Shown here: piece after piece, positions 47,753-61,281 of the stretch
Layout: the number at the start of each line of letters is the position of its first letter
Position numbering within the stretch: the first letter of the stretch is position 1
Assembly (NCBI GenBank): GCA_030324005.1
Contig: JARDVH010000193.1
Location: 48,629,444 to 48,693,443, forward strand
Length of the DNA: 64,000 nucleotides
From: Negaprion brevirostris
Lineage: Eukaryota
Direction of reading: 5' to 3'
The notes under the pieces: generated by a model
What the model saw: only the letters and a program-made list of their open reading frames with translations
Databases searched by the model: none
What the model was told of the DNA's origin: nothing
Program-made: the position numbers and the translations under genes

Positions 47753-50303
47753 TTTATTTGACATGGGATTTGTGAAGAAAGAAGAAGATATAGTTGCACT
47801 GTTAATTCCCTCAGATTCATCAAAACTGCCAAAAAGAAAACCAGGCTAGAAACTATGCAGCTCAATGAAAGCACCAAAAATGGTTTAAACTCAAGGCACT
47901 ATGACAAGTTAACTCAAGAGTAAGTAAAAATTACACAAGAGGCATTCAAAATTAAGTAAATAAGCTTAGACTTTGATATATTTTTACAACATTCACCTTG
48001 AAAATAGGACCGACCACCCAGGTGAGAATCTGTATCAGATTAAAGCAGTGCAAAAGCATTCAATAAACTAAAAAAAAAATACATACATACACAGAAAACA
48101 AAAAGTGCATTACTTTAAGTCATTATGAATGTGCTGTGTATCGTGCAATATCTTTAAACCAAAAGTTTCTTTAAAAAAAAGAGCAAATTCTTATTTCGCT
48201 GGCTCTCTGTACTCAAAGTGTGAACATCTTTAAATTCTTAACAAATTACTTAATGAGGACCTTATCATTGACCTTTGGCCAAGTCATTTAAAGAATCAGA
48301 GCGCACAGTGAAACCATTACAAAAGTAGAAGGAAAATGTAAAGCTGAGACTAGAACCAAATGCACAGTAAAAACAGCAGCAACACAATCCTGCTATGTAA
48401 GTCAATCGCTGTACACATGGGAAAGCCCGTAACCCACTACATCAAGACATTAATTTCACAATGACTGTACACAGTTCCAGGAAGTGCCAGGTCTACTCAC
48501 ATTTCTGGGAAAAGCACAATTTTCTCGCAGCAATATATCTTGCGCTCAAACTCAATACCCGTCATGCAGTAACTTGAAGTACCCAAAACTGCTAGCAGCA
48601 TGGTTTAAAATGTTTTTTTTGACTACTAGTGCAATGTCTCGATTCCGAAATCTGCTAGCAAACACCACTGTTAATGTAAATGGTGTGCATGATCCTCCTT
48701 TACCTCCTGAACACACTGTTTCCAGATGTAACATTTATTTCCTTGTAAAACATCATCTCTGGTCTCTTTCTTACTTTTCTGACTGTCAACAGTAAAACAC
48801 TAGATTTTGTTTGGAAAAAAATGACCATTTAATTTACTAATAAATGCTGCAGCAGGGAATTAACTCCCTGATACCCAGACTGCCTCTGCCTAGCAAGTTC
48901 AGGTTGCTCCCAGTATTTGCGGAGATCAGCATATTGGCTCTATTTGGGAGTTCTGGGTGACCAGACAGCACACGGCTACGGATCCTAGTTAAAGTTACCC
49001 CTGTCAACTTGCAGTTGCTGTAAACACATCACTGAATAGTAGCAACAGTCCATAGCTCTGGGCAAACATTGCAAAGCCCTTGCTGCTATAAACTGGCCTT
49101 CCAAAATAATTGCAGTCCCTAAAGAAAGTGGAAAACTACCCACATCTGGGTCACGTGCAGGTCCATTGCATTTCCTGAGACTTACTAGAAGCCTACTTCA
49201 ACCAAAGTAGTAAAAAAATCTTTACACCATGCTGTAATTTTTTTGTGTGTGAAGATGTTTGTCAAAATAAAATTAGAAAACAGAAATCTTAACTCTTTCG
49301 GTTTGTCTAGCACAAATTAATGTAAATGCTCATTCAATAGTTTATTGAACATCGTGATGGTACACCATATCAAAACACCTTGACAAACAAAAGGGAGCAT
49401 CTTTCTCCAGCTGTTATAAATACAACAGCCTGAACATTCAGGCTACAGAACAAGCTGAAGTAAAATTGATACCTTTAACAGCAGGACAGATTCACTAGTC
49501 TCTAGAGGAAATTGCAGCCATAAAAATCCCAGAAGGGCCTTGGGTGGAGGGCAAAGAGAGATTTTTAACTGTCTCTTTAGACTGCTTGTATCATTTTGTA
49601 GCACTGAGCCTGAGACTCAAGAAGACAGAATTCCAGGTTTAAACGTTAGTGCAGAGAGAGCGCTTCTGGCAGAAAATTGTCGACAAGGAACAGATCCTTT
49701 CGATACAAGAGGGAGGTCTGTTTCTGTTAAATTTTTGGCAACATCTGTCACAAAGTGGGATGGAAAAAACCAGGAGTGTGCTCGTGTCTGTACACACATC
49801 AGCAAGAACACGCTGGCTACACTGAACACTGTGTAAACACATCATGGACACAACTACAAGCCCACGGACACTCAACGCTTTACATTCTGGCATTTTCAGA
49901 ACTTGGTCAACATATGTGAAATTCCACTCTCCTTTGCTTTTATAACCTGTTGTGGTTGCCACCTTGAAATCACATCCCAGAGACGAGACTTTGCACAGCA
50001 CTCTCAAACCCAAAAAGCAATCATGCTCTATTTGGCTAGTCCTTTTTTCCCCTTTTTTCTGTACAGTCTTTTCAAATAGAATCAGTCGTTTCATTATTCT
50101 GGGGCTGATCTGATCGATCTACCAGCTGGTGATCTTCCCATACTTCCTTCTTTATCCAAGTTTGGGATGCAGAAATATCATTTGGTGCTTTTTGTTTCTC
50201 TTGTTCCAAAACTGGTTGCTGGAATTCAGTCTAAAGGTAAACTTCCAAGAGTATCAGATTCTTAACCTCCACGTAAGGGTTTAGCCAAAGTGAGCAAAGT
50301 GCC
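47753..50303 (-). other. ZNRF1: Putative ZNRF1 non-coding terminal exon (3'UTR); 3' end uncertain
   Basis: Strong minus-strand acceptor (tttgactttgtttttttttctcctatag) ending at 50304. About 2.5 kb is AT-rich with no repeats I recognise. Minus-strand AATAAA at 47753-47758, with further candidates downstream. Confidence 0.65.
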
Positions 50304-53300
50304 CTATAGGAGAAAAAAAACAAAGTCAAAGCTTGCTACATACTACTCAGAAACTGTGACCTACATTAAACTAACAAACAGATTTCCTCTCTGACACATT
50401 TTGCAGCTAGCTTTGTTTAAAATGGCTACAAAAATACAATTTAAAAAGCATCATATATTTTAAGAAATTACAGTTTCTACCTGTTGCTTGATTCAAAAAA
50501 ATAGTTTGAGGATATTAGAACAGACTTTAAAGGCACAGTAACATAGGAGATTGTTGTACCTTTGATCTAGATTCTCCTGCAACTACAAGATCGATGATGT
50601 AGACGGCAAACTTGACCATTTAGCCGGCCAATCTCATTATAGATNNNNNNNNNNNNNNNNNNNNNNNNNNNNNNNNNNNNNNNNNNNNNNNNNNNNNNNN
50701 NNNNNNNNNNNNNNNNNNNNNNNNNNNNNNNNNNNNNNNNNNNNATTATAGATAGTGTATTCTTTGTGTTGATGCTTCAACTGGATAACATGAGCTCTTG
50801 TGATGCAATGGGTAGCATCCCTACCTCTGGGCCAGTGGACTTGGGTTCAAGTCCCACTTCAGGATTTGATGGTCATGAAAAAAGCATGTGTAGCATGGCC
50901 AAACAGGGCAATCATCAGCCTGTAAGTTCTTCCATGTTGCTCGATGATAGGCACTCTTTGCTGTCACTAAGTGTTCACATGAAACAAACAGCCAGTTGAT
51001 GCATCAATGTAAAGAATACACTATCTACAATGAGACTGGCTGGCTAATTGGTCAAGTTCGCCGTCTACATCACTGATTCATGTGAATGCACTAAAATATA
51101 AATTCAGTTATCTCCAACACAGAGAATAAGTAAAACAACCTAGATTTATACCCATCTTGAAAAAAAAAATCATTGTTTATTGTCACTTGTAAGTGGTACA
51201 AGCATCACCTTAAACACCACTGCAGTCTAGGCAGAACGTTCCAACACAAAATGTAATTACAAAACATTATAGCTAAAATAACAAAGTTAGGAATTTGAAG
51301 TATCAATTTAACATTTCTTTTATCCAGATTCTGAATTTATTCTACTAGAGATTAGACTGTTCATCAGCTTTTGCTGCAACCTCCTCACTGTTCCCTCAAT
51401 AATGGAAAAAAATCCCATTGTTAAAAAAGCTTCTTATTTGACCCTCATCAAACACTGAATGTGCCTTTGAAAGTCAAATCCTAGGATCATAGCATGGTTA
51501 TGCACAGCAGGAGGCCATTCAGCTACTGTGCTCATGCTGGCTCTCTCCAAGAGTAATTCAGCCCATCTCTCAATCCTACCCTTTTCCTGTAGCCCTGCAA
51601 ACCTCCTCGCTTCAGGAGTTTATCAAAATTCCTTTGGAAATCTGCCTTCACCACACACTCATGCAGTGTATTCCACAAGTCACTTCTTTTCACTCAGTTA
51701 CCAGTAACAGGTCAGTGTACCTTTAGATTTTATGTGGAGATTTTGGCAAATATTTTTATTAGTTCCACCAAGCTAAGACAATGGAAAGCAAAGTAATAGA
51801 TCACACCACATCCAGGCACTGGCCAGGCTGGGCCGGTTTTATGGTGAGCAACGGAGGAAGACTACCATTGCGTTTACTATGGATTTTCTATGGGGTTTTC
51901 TCGAGCATGTTTTTTTTCAAACAACGAAGTTAGAGACATTAACTTGTCTTTCTCCTTCACATGCTGTCTGACATTCTCTGCATTCTATTTTTTACAAATT
52001 TGGAAAAAAATTGCCTTTTGTGCATGAATAACTGCAAATGTGATGTTTTAAAATGTAAATTAAGTATGGATAATTAATAACTACTTACCAACCACTTGAC
52101 AGACAGGATTTATTTAGGAAAAAAAAATCACTGCAATGTTTCTCATTTTTCAACAATTTCATTTTGAGTGCACAGGAAACATATGTTCAGGGTCTTACAT
52201 TTATACATCACTCCTCTTAGCAAAATGTGTCTTTATATAGAGGCAGACACTGAACAGAAAACGACTGAACATAATGGAGTAATATTTGAAGAGAAAGCAC
52301 ATTAGAAAAAATATCAAGCAGCTGAGAATCGCAATGGGCAGAGATACGGTGACTGAAAGATAGGACTTGACAGAGGAACAGAAATAATTGGGAAGCACCC
52401 ACTAATTCAGGCCCCAAGAAATGGAGAGTATGGGTCAGCATGAGATTTGCCAGATAAATTGAACCATTGAAAGGATTTGAAAATGAGAGTCTAGATTTAC
52501 TGGAGCCCAAAGTGCTTGAGGAGGAGTGAATAATGGGAGTGTAGGAGAATAGAGCAGTAGAGGATCGGAAAAATATTTTATTCAAAGATTCAAATCACAG
52601 TCTAGGGAAGTACAGAATTAGGCTCATTAATTGCCTTTAGTCAACTTATCCAAAGTAAACTGCATTGGAAAACAGCACGCATTTGAATGATGAGGTTTCT
52701 TTGAAAAATGAGATTTCTTCTAATTAAACCTTGTTTTCTCACCCTTTTCTCCACAAAGTTGACATAATAGGCTGCTGATTCACAGATCTTAAATGAAGTA
52801 TGTGTGAGGACAAGAGTCACTATTCCAATGTTCATCTACCACCCATTCTCAAACTAGCTGCTCAGTGCCACCTCAAGGTGGCGGCATTTAAATTCAGATC
52901 TCGGTATGAGGATGGCAGTACATTCAAACCTGCAAGTGAATCTCTGCCTTCACATTCAGTACATTCAATCAGCACTGCTAGCTTAACATTCACTTTGATT
53001 TGATTTGGAAGAACAGTGGTGAAGGACTCTTTTAAAATCACCAGCAAGAAATAAATGGGGGTACAAAGACAATAGTGTAGAGGACATAACTCAAGATTTA
53101 TAGATGTGTTAAATACTGCAGTTCTGTAATCATCCATGTGTTCTTAATCAATCAATACTGGTTTCCTATTAGCAATTCACAAAGCGATCCATCCAGATAC
53201 AATGTCGACAGCACTTAGACCAAGTAGATCATCTGCTTCTGCAGAATTCTAGCCAGACAGAAATACACTGGCAAATATATTCTTCAATGCATAAATTGTA

Positions 53301-54516
53301 GCTAATTCACATTAATCTTAATTAACAAAATAGATAACGTTATTTCATACGACATGGACCATTGTTCCCTCACAAAGGTTCCCAAACTGGTTGCACACAA
53401 GTTTGCCTTTTAAAGTTAACTGTGCTCATCTAAACAAGTTAGCCACGCACTACAAAAAAAATTAGAGGGTGCGTTACTGTGTGCATCTCTCTTGTGCCCT
53501 CATTGTATCATTTGGTGCAAAGTGACAGTGAGAGCTGTGCACGGAATTAATAGTGCCAAGCAATCAATAGAGCAAGCCATTAACTGACTGACCCAACTGA
53601 ATGCAGCACATAGCCTATTAAGTTTCAAATGCTGCAGCAAACATTTTAGGGGTTTGATGATTCATTGCAATTTTCATCAAGTGTTACACTGATTTACAAA
53701 ACTAATTTCTGCACTGATAAAAATGGTGAGAATTGATACTTAAGGCATTATGAATCACCAGAAAAGCCCAAAGCCAAGAGCCATTGCAAAAAAATTAATT
53801 TACAATCTGTTTAGATATACTTAAAAATCAGATATCCCCCCATAGGTCCCCTCCAACCTGCTCCATCCCCAGATTTTGATCATTTTAATTTAGTTTGACA
53901 AGATACAAATCTTGTTTCGTTTTGAAGTCATACTAAAGTTATTGGGCTATTTCTAACATATTGGCAGTAATTTTAACCACAGAATTGGGTGGGTTTGAGC
54001 TGGATGGGATGTTCAAAATCTGAAACATAACCCAGCCTGTCTACCTTTGTTTTAATAGGGGTGGAACAGCAGCAGGAAGTGGGTTAGTTATTTAGATAAA
54101 TAATGAGGATGCATGTCTCATATTAAACTTCCAAGTTTAATCTTGGCCATTTGTAGTTCTCTGGCTACAAGAAAACCCAGCAGTTGTAAGGAGGCGAGGA
54201 CAGCCTTGTGGAAAAGAACATTTTTGGCCCTTTCATGCTAGAAGGTGGTATCTCACAGTAAAATTCAATAACATTAAACCAATTTGAGTGACAAACACAT
54301 CATAAACGAATAAAACAAATTGCATTTAAATTGATGCTTCGAGTTACTCGAATTGTGTCAGTCTACAGCCAAACTACAGCATACCACAAGTACCTTGCCT
54401 TCTCACTGACACATTATATCAGCTGCTATGCATATTAATACCTTCAGGTATTTGCATTGGTGCAAAACTGGAAGTACCAAGAGCTAACTACAGGCCAAAC
54501 ATGAAAGAGTAGAAAT

Positions 54517-54568
54517 GTGCAAAAGGAGTAGGGTGCAAAGTAGGAGTAGGGTGCAAAGTAAGAGTAGG
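54517..54568. repeat. 18-bp tandem repeat, about 3 copies (GTGCAAAGTAGGAGTAGG)
   Basis: Directly visible. Confidence 0.85.
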
Positions 54569-54577
54569 TACCATACC

Positions 54578-54920
54578 GGACGGCACAGTAGCAGAGTGGT
54601 TAGTGCTGCTGCTTCACAGCTCCAGGGAATTGAGTTTGATTCCCGGCTCGCCGTCTGTGTGGAGTTTGCACGTTCTCCTCATGTCTGCATGGGTTTCCTC
54701 TGGTACTCTGGTTTTCTCCCACAGTCCAAAGATGTGGGGGTTAGGTTGATCGGCCCTGCTAAAAAATTGCCCCTTAGTGTCCTGAAGTGCTTAGGTTAGA
54801 GGGATTACTGGGTAAAATATGTAGGGATATAGGGGTAGGGCCTGGGTGGGATTGTGTTCGGTGCAGACTCAATGGGCCAAAGGCCTCTTCCTGCATTGTA
54901 GGGTTCTGTGATTCTATGAT
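54578..54920 (+). mobile_element. HE1-like SINE, tail type A
   Basis: Full head, core and tail. Confidence 0.87.
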
Positions 54921-54924
54921 TCAA

Positions 54925-55406
54925 GAAGTATTTACATGGATGTTACCAGGACTGGAAGTTTTGAATTATAAGGAGAAGCTGGATAGGCTGGGCCTTTTTT
55001 GTTTAACCTGAAGCATAGGAGGATGAGGAGTGATCTTATAGAGGATTATAAAATCATGGGGGGCATAAATAAGGTGAATAGTCATGGTCTTTCCCCCAGG
55101 ATAAGGGAATTCAAACCTAGAGGGTACAGGTTAAAGATGAGAGGAGAAAGATTTAAAAGGGATTGAAGAGGCAACTTTTTCACACAGAGGGTGGTGTGTA
55201 TATGGAATGAGCTGTGAAAGGAGGTGGTAGACATGGATGCAATAACAACATTCAAAAGACATTTGGATAGGTACATGGATAGGAAGAGTTTAGAGGAATA
55301 TGGGCCAAACACAGGTAAATGGGCCTAGTTCAGTTCAGGAAACCTGATTGGCATGGATGAGTTGGGCCGAAAGGCCTGTTTTTGTGCTGTTTATTTCTAG
55401 ACTCTA
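54925..55406 (+). mobile_element. CR1 LINE 3' end fragment
   Basis: FT.MLPGLE.LNYKEKLDRLGLF peptide and CR1 3'UTR. Confidence 0.85.
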
Positions 55407-55919
55407 AACCCCTGTGCCAATACTGGCTATGGGGGAAAATCTATTTTTGACAAATTATCCTAGCAGCCCAGGCATTTTTATATTTTTCTTAAAGCCTTTA
55501 CAAGCCCTGTGGTAACACTAATTCAGTATTAAAGAACCTTCTAGGTATTGACATGGTCATTTCCAAGTTGGGAGTCAAAAGCAGTGCTTACCCACAAGAC
55601 ATTGTTTGAGGATTATTTGAGTAAAGCAAGTAAATGTTCAGTTGTTGATATATTATACTGCTGGCAAGCATAAACTTTTTTTCTTCATGTTTTGTCAATC
55701 GTAACTAATCTCATGTCAGTCATAATCCAAACCAGCACTTCCCAAGCTTGCTCAAATGTCACCTTCAGGAAAGCATCCTTTCATTTTCACTGGGTTGTTT
55801 GGAAAATATTGGTAAACTGAACAGTTTTTTTGTCATGTCATGACAGTGCAAAGTTTAATTTACAAATCTGTCGTCATACCTTTAACAGAAGGCTATAAGC
55901 AGCTGCAGGCCAGGAGAGG

Positions 55920-55977
55920 TCAGTCTGAAGGGTGTTCTGGACATGATCTGTTCACTTCAAACCATGAATCTATACAG
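55920..55977 (-). CDS. ZNRF1: ZNRF1 last coding exon, coding part (58 nt): (S)CIDSWFEVNRSCPEHPSD*, end of the RING-H2 domain; the exon continues as UTR to 55880
   Basis: On the minus strand: ttcttcccgtcag acceptor, TGA at 55922-55920, aaag|gtatga donor after 55880. Sequence matches the ZNRF1/2 C-terminus. 'DSW' and tail-to-tail synteny with LDHD favour ZNRF1. Confidence 0.92.
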
Positions 55978-56713
55978 CTGACGGGAAGAAAGAAAACTTG
56001 AATAATTTAAAATGTACAGATCTAACAAATAAATCATAGTCATAAATTTCTTCAGTAATGGACAGTGCGCAATATGCTGCAATAAATACTGGAACTGGCA
56101 TTTAACACAAATCCAGATACAAACCAAACTGCAAATAGCATGAAAAAAATCTGATTTGGTGCCACAAAGTATATTTAGCCACCACTATCTGATTATTTAA
56201 AATAAATTTCCATCATCCTTCAGCACGACTGAATGGACAACATGTTGGAAGTTGTCACATAGCAGTTTTATGCATGTACACGTGTTGTGATTAAAAATAT
56301 TCCTTGGGGATATATATATATAAAAATCACAAAAACAGCTACTCTAAGGTGGAGGATGTCAGATGCTTGGTGGGAGTTGGTTGGTCAATGGGGGAGTGCT
56401 GGAAGGATGGTCAGTACTATAATTACGCAGAAGTTAAATATGGGCTGGAATGCTACTGCTCCACCCGCGGGAGAATCAGAGTGCATGAAGGACAGAGCAT
56501 GGGAAGGTCCGTTGACCTCAGGCAGGATTTTATAGCTTTGGAACAAGTGAGGCTGTAAAATCCCGCCCATGATTGTAATTCTTCTCTAACTTTTCTTTGG
56601 TCACAATCAAAGTNNNNNNNNNNNNNNNNNNNNNNNNNNNNNNNNNNNNNNNNNNNNNNNNNNNNNNNNNNNNNNNNNNNNNNNNNNNNNNNNNNNNNNN
56701 NNNNNNNNNNNNN

Positions 56714-56948
56714 GTGTGGGTTTCCTCCGGGGGCTCCAGCTTTTCCCCATGTCCCAAAGATGTGCATGTTAGTGGATTGACCATGGTAAATTGCCCATTG
56801 GTGTTCATGGAGGTGTAGATTAGGCGGATTTCCATGATAAATGTGTGGGATAAGGCAGGGCTGGGCCTTGGTAAAATGCTCTTTTAGAGAGTGAGTACAG
56901 ACTGGATGGACCAAATAACCTCCTTCTGCAACGCAGAAGATTCTATGA
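56714..56948 (+). mobile_element. HE1-like SINE, 3' part following a gap
   Basis: Family core and tail. Confidence 0.78.
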
Positions 56949-57039
56949 TACCAATGCAGAATTAACCTTGCACAAGTGGAAGTCACATTGAAATATAAAA
57001 AAAGCATCAGTTTCTCACGTTTAATTTTCCCCGCTCTCA

Positions 57040-58000
57040 CAAAGAACAAAGAAAATTACAGCACAGGAACAGGCTCTTCAGCCCTCTAAGGCTGCACTGA
57101 CCATGCTGCCCGACTGAACTAAAACCCCCTACCCTTCCGGGGTCCATATCCCTCTATTCCCATCCTAGTCATGTATTTGTCAAGGTGCCCCTTAAAAAAA
57201 TCACTTCCGTATCTGCTTCCACTACCTTCCCCAGCAACAAGTTCCAGACACCCACTACTCTGTAAAAAACATCTGCCTCATACATGTCCTTTAAGTCTTG
57301 TTAGCACCTTAAACCTATGCCCCCTAGTAATTGACTCTTACACCCTGGGAAAAAACTTCTGACTATTCACTCCGTCCATGCCTCTCAATCTTGTAGGCTT
57401 TCATCAGGTCTCCCCTCAACCTCCATCGCTCAACTGAGAGCAAACCAAGTTTCTCCAACCTCTCCTCATAGTTAATACCCTCCATACCATGCAACATCCT
57501 GGTAAATCTTTTCTGTACCCTCTCCTTCTGGTAGTGCGATGACCAGAATTAAACATTATATTCCAAATGCGGCCTAAGGTTCTATAAAGCTGCAACATGA
57601 CATGCCAATGCCCCGACCAATGGAGGCAAGCATGCCGTATGCCTTCTTGACTATCTTCTCCACCTGCAATGCCACTTTCAATGACCTGCGTACCTGTACA
57701 CCCCAGATCCCTTTGCCTATCAATACTCTTAAGGGTTCTGCCATTTACTGTATATTTACTACCTCTATTAGACCTTCCAAAATGCATTATCTCACATTTA
57801 TCCGGATTAAACTCCATCCGCAATCTCTCCGCAAAATCTCCAACTGGTCTATATCCTGCTGTATCCTCTGATGGTCCTTATCGCTATCCGCAAATCCACT
57901 CATCTTGGTGTCGTCCGCAAACTTACCAATCAATCCAGTTACATTTTCCTCCAAATCATTTATATATATATATTACAAACAGCAAAGGTCCCAGCACTGA
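57040..58000 (-). mobile_element. CR1 LINE 3' ~1 kb (RT C-terminal half to tail)
   Basis: MEFNPDKCEIMHFGRSN peptide and reverse-strand KFADDTK motif; nearly colinear with 26620-27235. Confidence 0.9.
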
Positions 58001-59927
58001 TTACCTGGAGATGGGGCCCAGAAGGTATGGGTCGCAATTCCAATATGCATCACTTATCTTTCTAGACAGGACAGTCAACTTTTGCAAGATATGGAAACCA
58101 GGTAAGGGTGTGACGGAATTGGAAACATGGCTTTAGGGCTGAGATTTATTGTGCTGCCAATGAAAAGCTTAATAAGTTGTCATCACACCATGCAAGATAA
58201 CAACTCATCTGATTTTGAAAGCTTCTGTGTGTGTGGCTGAAATAACTAAACACTACAACTTGAATTATCTTTATATTTCTCATAAGGATTCAACAGCTAT
58301 AAGAAAACATGAAATGAAGAAAGGCCATTTGGTTCATTCAGACCAGTTTTTTCACAATCACGTACAATATGTAATCATGGATTTCACTTAATTTAATCTC
58401 AAAAATGTCTATACAAATATCATTGATGGTTGTCAAGTGGCACTTCAGAATATTTGTTCATACCCAATGCTTCTAACATAGGGAAAATGTTTGTTCATGA
58501 TGGCAGTTCTCTTTTAATGACTAAAAGCTGCAGCAATGCATTCCACATATTACAACTCAAACTTCATCTTGAAAACAGGAAACCAGGTGACAATGCTTAA
58601 TTTTAAACTTTATTTTAGAAAGTGCTGGAAAAACTCAGCAGTTCCCACAGCATCTGTGGAAAGAAACAGAGTTAACATTTTGAGTCTAATACGGTTCTTC
58701 TTTGGAACAATGCAAATTTTCTGATTTTAAATCAAAAGATGCTTGGCGAGAAATATTCCTCTATTTTATGGACTGGACATCTGCAGTGCAGTATTACCTA
58801 TATATATATTGCATCAGTGTAGGTTTACAGATTTAGCACACTATTACGCAGGAGAGTTGTACCAACAGAGTGGTGTATTATGTAATCAGCATATGGGCAA
58901 AACCACTGATCACAGCTACTTATTGACCTATATACGCAATCCTTCAAGATTAAACCTACAAAGTAGGCTAAAAGGCAGCAAACCACAATATCATATGGCA
59001 TTTAGGTAGAACATTCACATACACGCATTTCATTGAAACCTTATTCTAACAAAGGTTTAGAAAAAAGATTTTTGATGCTACCCTGTAACATATTAAACAA
59101 TTTACCATGTATGGTTTCCACAAATCCCAAAATAACTAGCCAATTCGAGAGCCGGACATGGCAGGCATTTCATCCCCATGCCCCCTTTCCCATTAGTCAC
59201 TGCATTTTATGGCAGGGTCATGGCCCATGCAAATATGGAAGGCTGAATCCCTGATCTGTGCTGGATTGGCTCTTTTCAGACATATGATGCATGTTTATAA
59301 TAGACAACTACGTGCTATTTTTTAGAAAATGTTTTCCTACATATTAATGCTAACAAATCTTTGAAGATATCTGCAATAACAGATTGTTGTGGTCTATATA
59401 AACAATGTTCTTAGTGCACAGAAATACCAGGTCAGTACAGTCAGTGCTAATCATTGGGTCCTTGCTCAAGTGATGACATATTTAATTGTGAGTTTGCAAT
59501 TTTATCTGCAGTGACAATGCTGGTTGTGTCTCTGAAGTCAAACTCGAGAGAAAACACATGACACAAAAAGGCATACTCCTCAAAAACTCGTACTCCGNNN
59601 NNNNNNNNNNNNNNNNNNNNNNNNNNNNNNNNNNNNNNNNNNNNNNNNNNNNNNNNNNNNNNNNNNNNNNNNNNNNNNNNNNNNNNNNNNNNNNNNNNNN
59701 NNNNNNNNNNNNNNNNNNNNNNNNNNNNNNNNNNNNNNNNNNNNNNNNNNNNNNNNNNNNNNNNNNNNNNNNNNNNNNNNNNNNNNNNNNNNNNNNNNNN
59801 NNNNNNNNNNNNNNNNNNNNNNNNNNNNNNNNNNNNNNNNNNNNNNNNNNNNNNNNNNNNNNNNNNNNNNNNNNNNNNNNNNNNNNNNNNNNNNNNNNNN
59901 NNNNNNNNNNNNNNNNNNNNNNNNNNN

Positions 59928-60240
59928 TAAGGACCCCACGCACCTCAGACATACTCTCTTCCACCTTCTTCCATCAGGAAAAAGATACAAAAATCTGAGA
60001 TCACTTATCAACCAACTCAAGAACAGCTTCTTTCCTGCTGCCATCAGGCTTTTGAATGGATCTATCTTATATTAAGTTGATCTTTCTCTACAACCTAGCT
60101 ACAACTGTAACACTATATTATGCATCCTCTCCTTTCCTTCTCCCCTATGTACTCTATGAATAGTATGCTTTGTCTGTACAGCACAAGAAATAACATTTTT
60201 CACTGTATCCCAATATATGTGGCAATAATAAACCAAATGA
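59928..60240 (+). mobile_element. Rex1/Babar-like LINE 3' end following a gap
   Basis: DPTH..H.LFHLLPSGKRY..L...TN.LKNSFFPAAIRLLN-type C-terminus and the same 3'UTR as 4030-4165. Confidence 0.72.
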
Positions 60241-60972
60241 ATTCCCTCCTCCGCAGAAGTTTTACCTAATGCACAATGAAAGCATGGCACTTTAGGACAC
60301 TCTACACAGGGCTTGCTTTAAACTAACATAGTATCAAGTGAATCTAAGCTTTCAGACTTTTGGTCTGAGTCTTTAGCTATTTTACTGTCCTATATACAAC
60401 TGAAATCACAGCATCTTTCTGCAACCTTACACAGGATTCAAGCAATCTGACCAAATCTTGCTTTGTTTTTGGCTTAAAAGTAAAATGCATCTGATATGGG
60501 AACTATTGTTCAAGGGACACTTCATTACCTTACAAAACTTTCTCTACCTGAGGCTAAATGAATCCAAAAATTCATTCTCCCACAGGCTCTGCCTTGCACG
60601 GAGCACCCTCCACCCATCACACCAGCTGAGGTATCAGTCATTAAACACGATTGCAATCAGCGAACACCCACAGGACATATTTAAATATACTCAAATTGGT
60701 CATATACAAAATTATCGCTGGGAATTCGGAAGATTATCATATTTGTTCTAGTTATTATTGTAACTGGGAAACAAAATCTGTCACAAATCTGTGAAGTGTT
60801 ATGATCCCAGCTGCTGTTGATACTGGGAAAGACAGATCTCAGAGTGAAACCTGGTTTGATAGATCCTAACTTTTTGTTTAGATAGAAATGCAGAGTTACT
60901 GAACAAATTCAGAGGAGTATGCTGATGAACTTTTAATACAAAGAATAAAACATAGAATCTATGCCATCTTTT

Positions 60973-61281
60973 CATGGAATCCTACAGCATGGGAGGCCAT
61001 TCCACCCATCAAGTCTGCACCAACCACAATACCACTCAGGCCCTATTCCCATAACCCCATGCATTTACCCTAGCTGGTCCTTCTGACACTAAGGGGCAAC
61101 TTAGCATGGCCAGTCCATCTAACCTGCACAGCTTTGGACTGTGGGAGGAAACCGGAGCATCCAGGGAAAATCCATGCAGACACAGGGAGAATGTGCAAAC
61201 TCCACACAGACAATGACCCAAGGTGGAAATCGAATCCAGGTCCCCTTGTGCAGTGAGGCAGCAGTGCTAACCACTGTGCCA
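60973..61281 (-). mobile_element. HE1-like SINE, tail type A
   Basis: Family similarity. Confidence 0.87.

Noticed and set aside
55920-55977. Assignment to ZNRF2 because the protein ends in CPEHPSD
   Set aside because: CIDSWF (ZNRF2 has CIDEWF, as I recall) and adjacency to LDHD favour ZNRF1.
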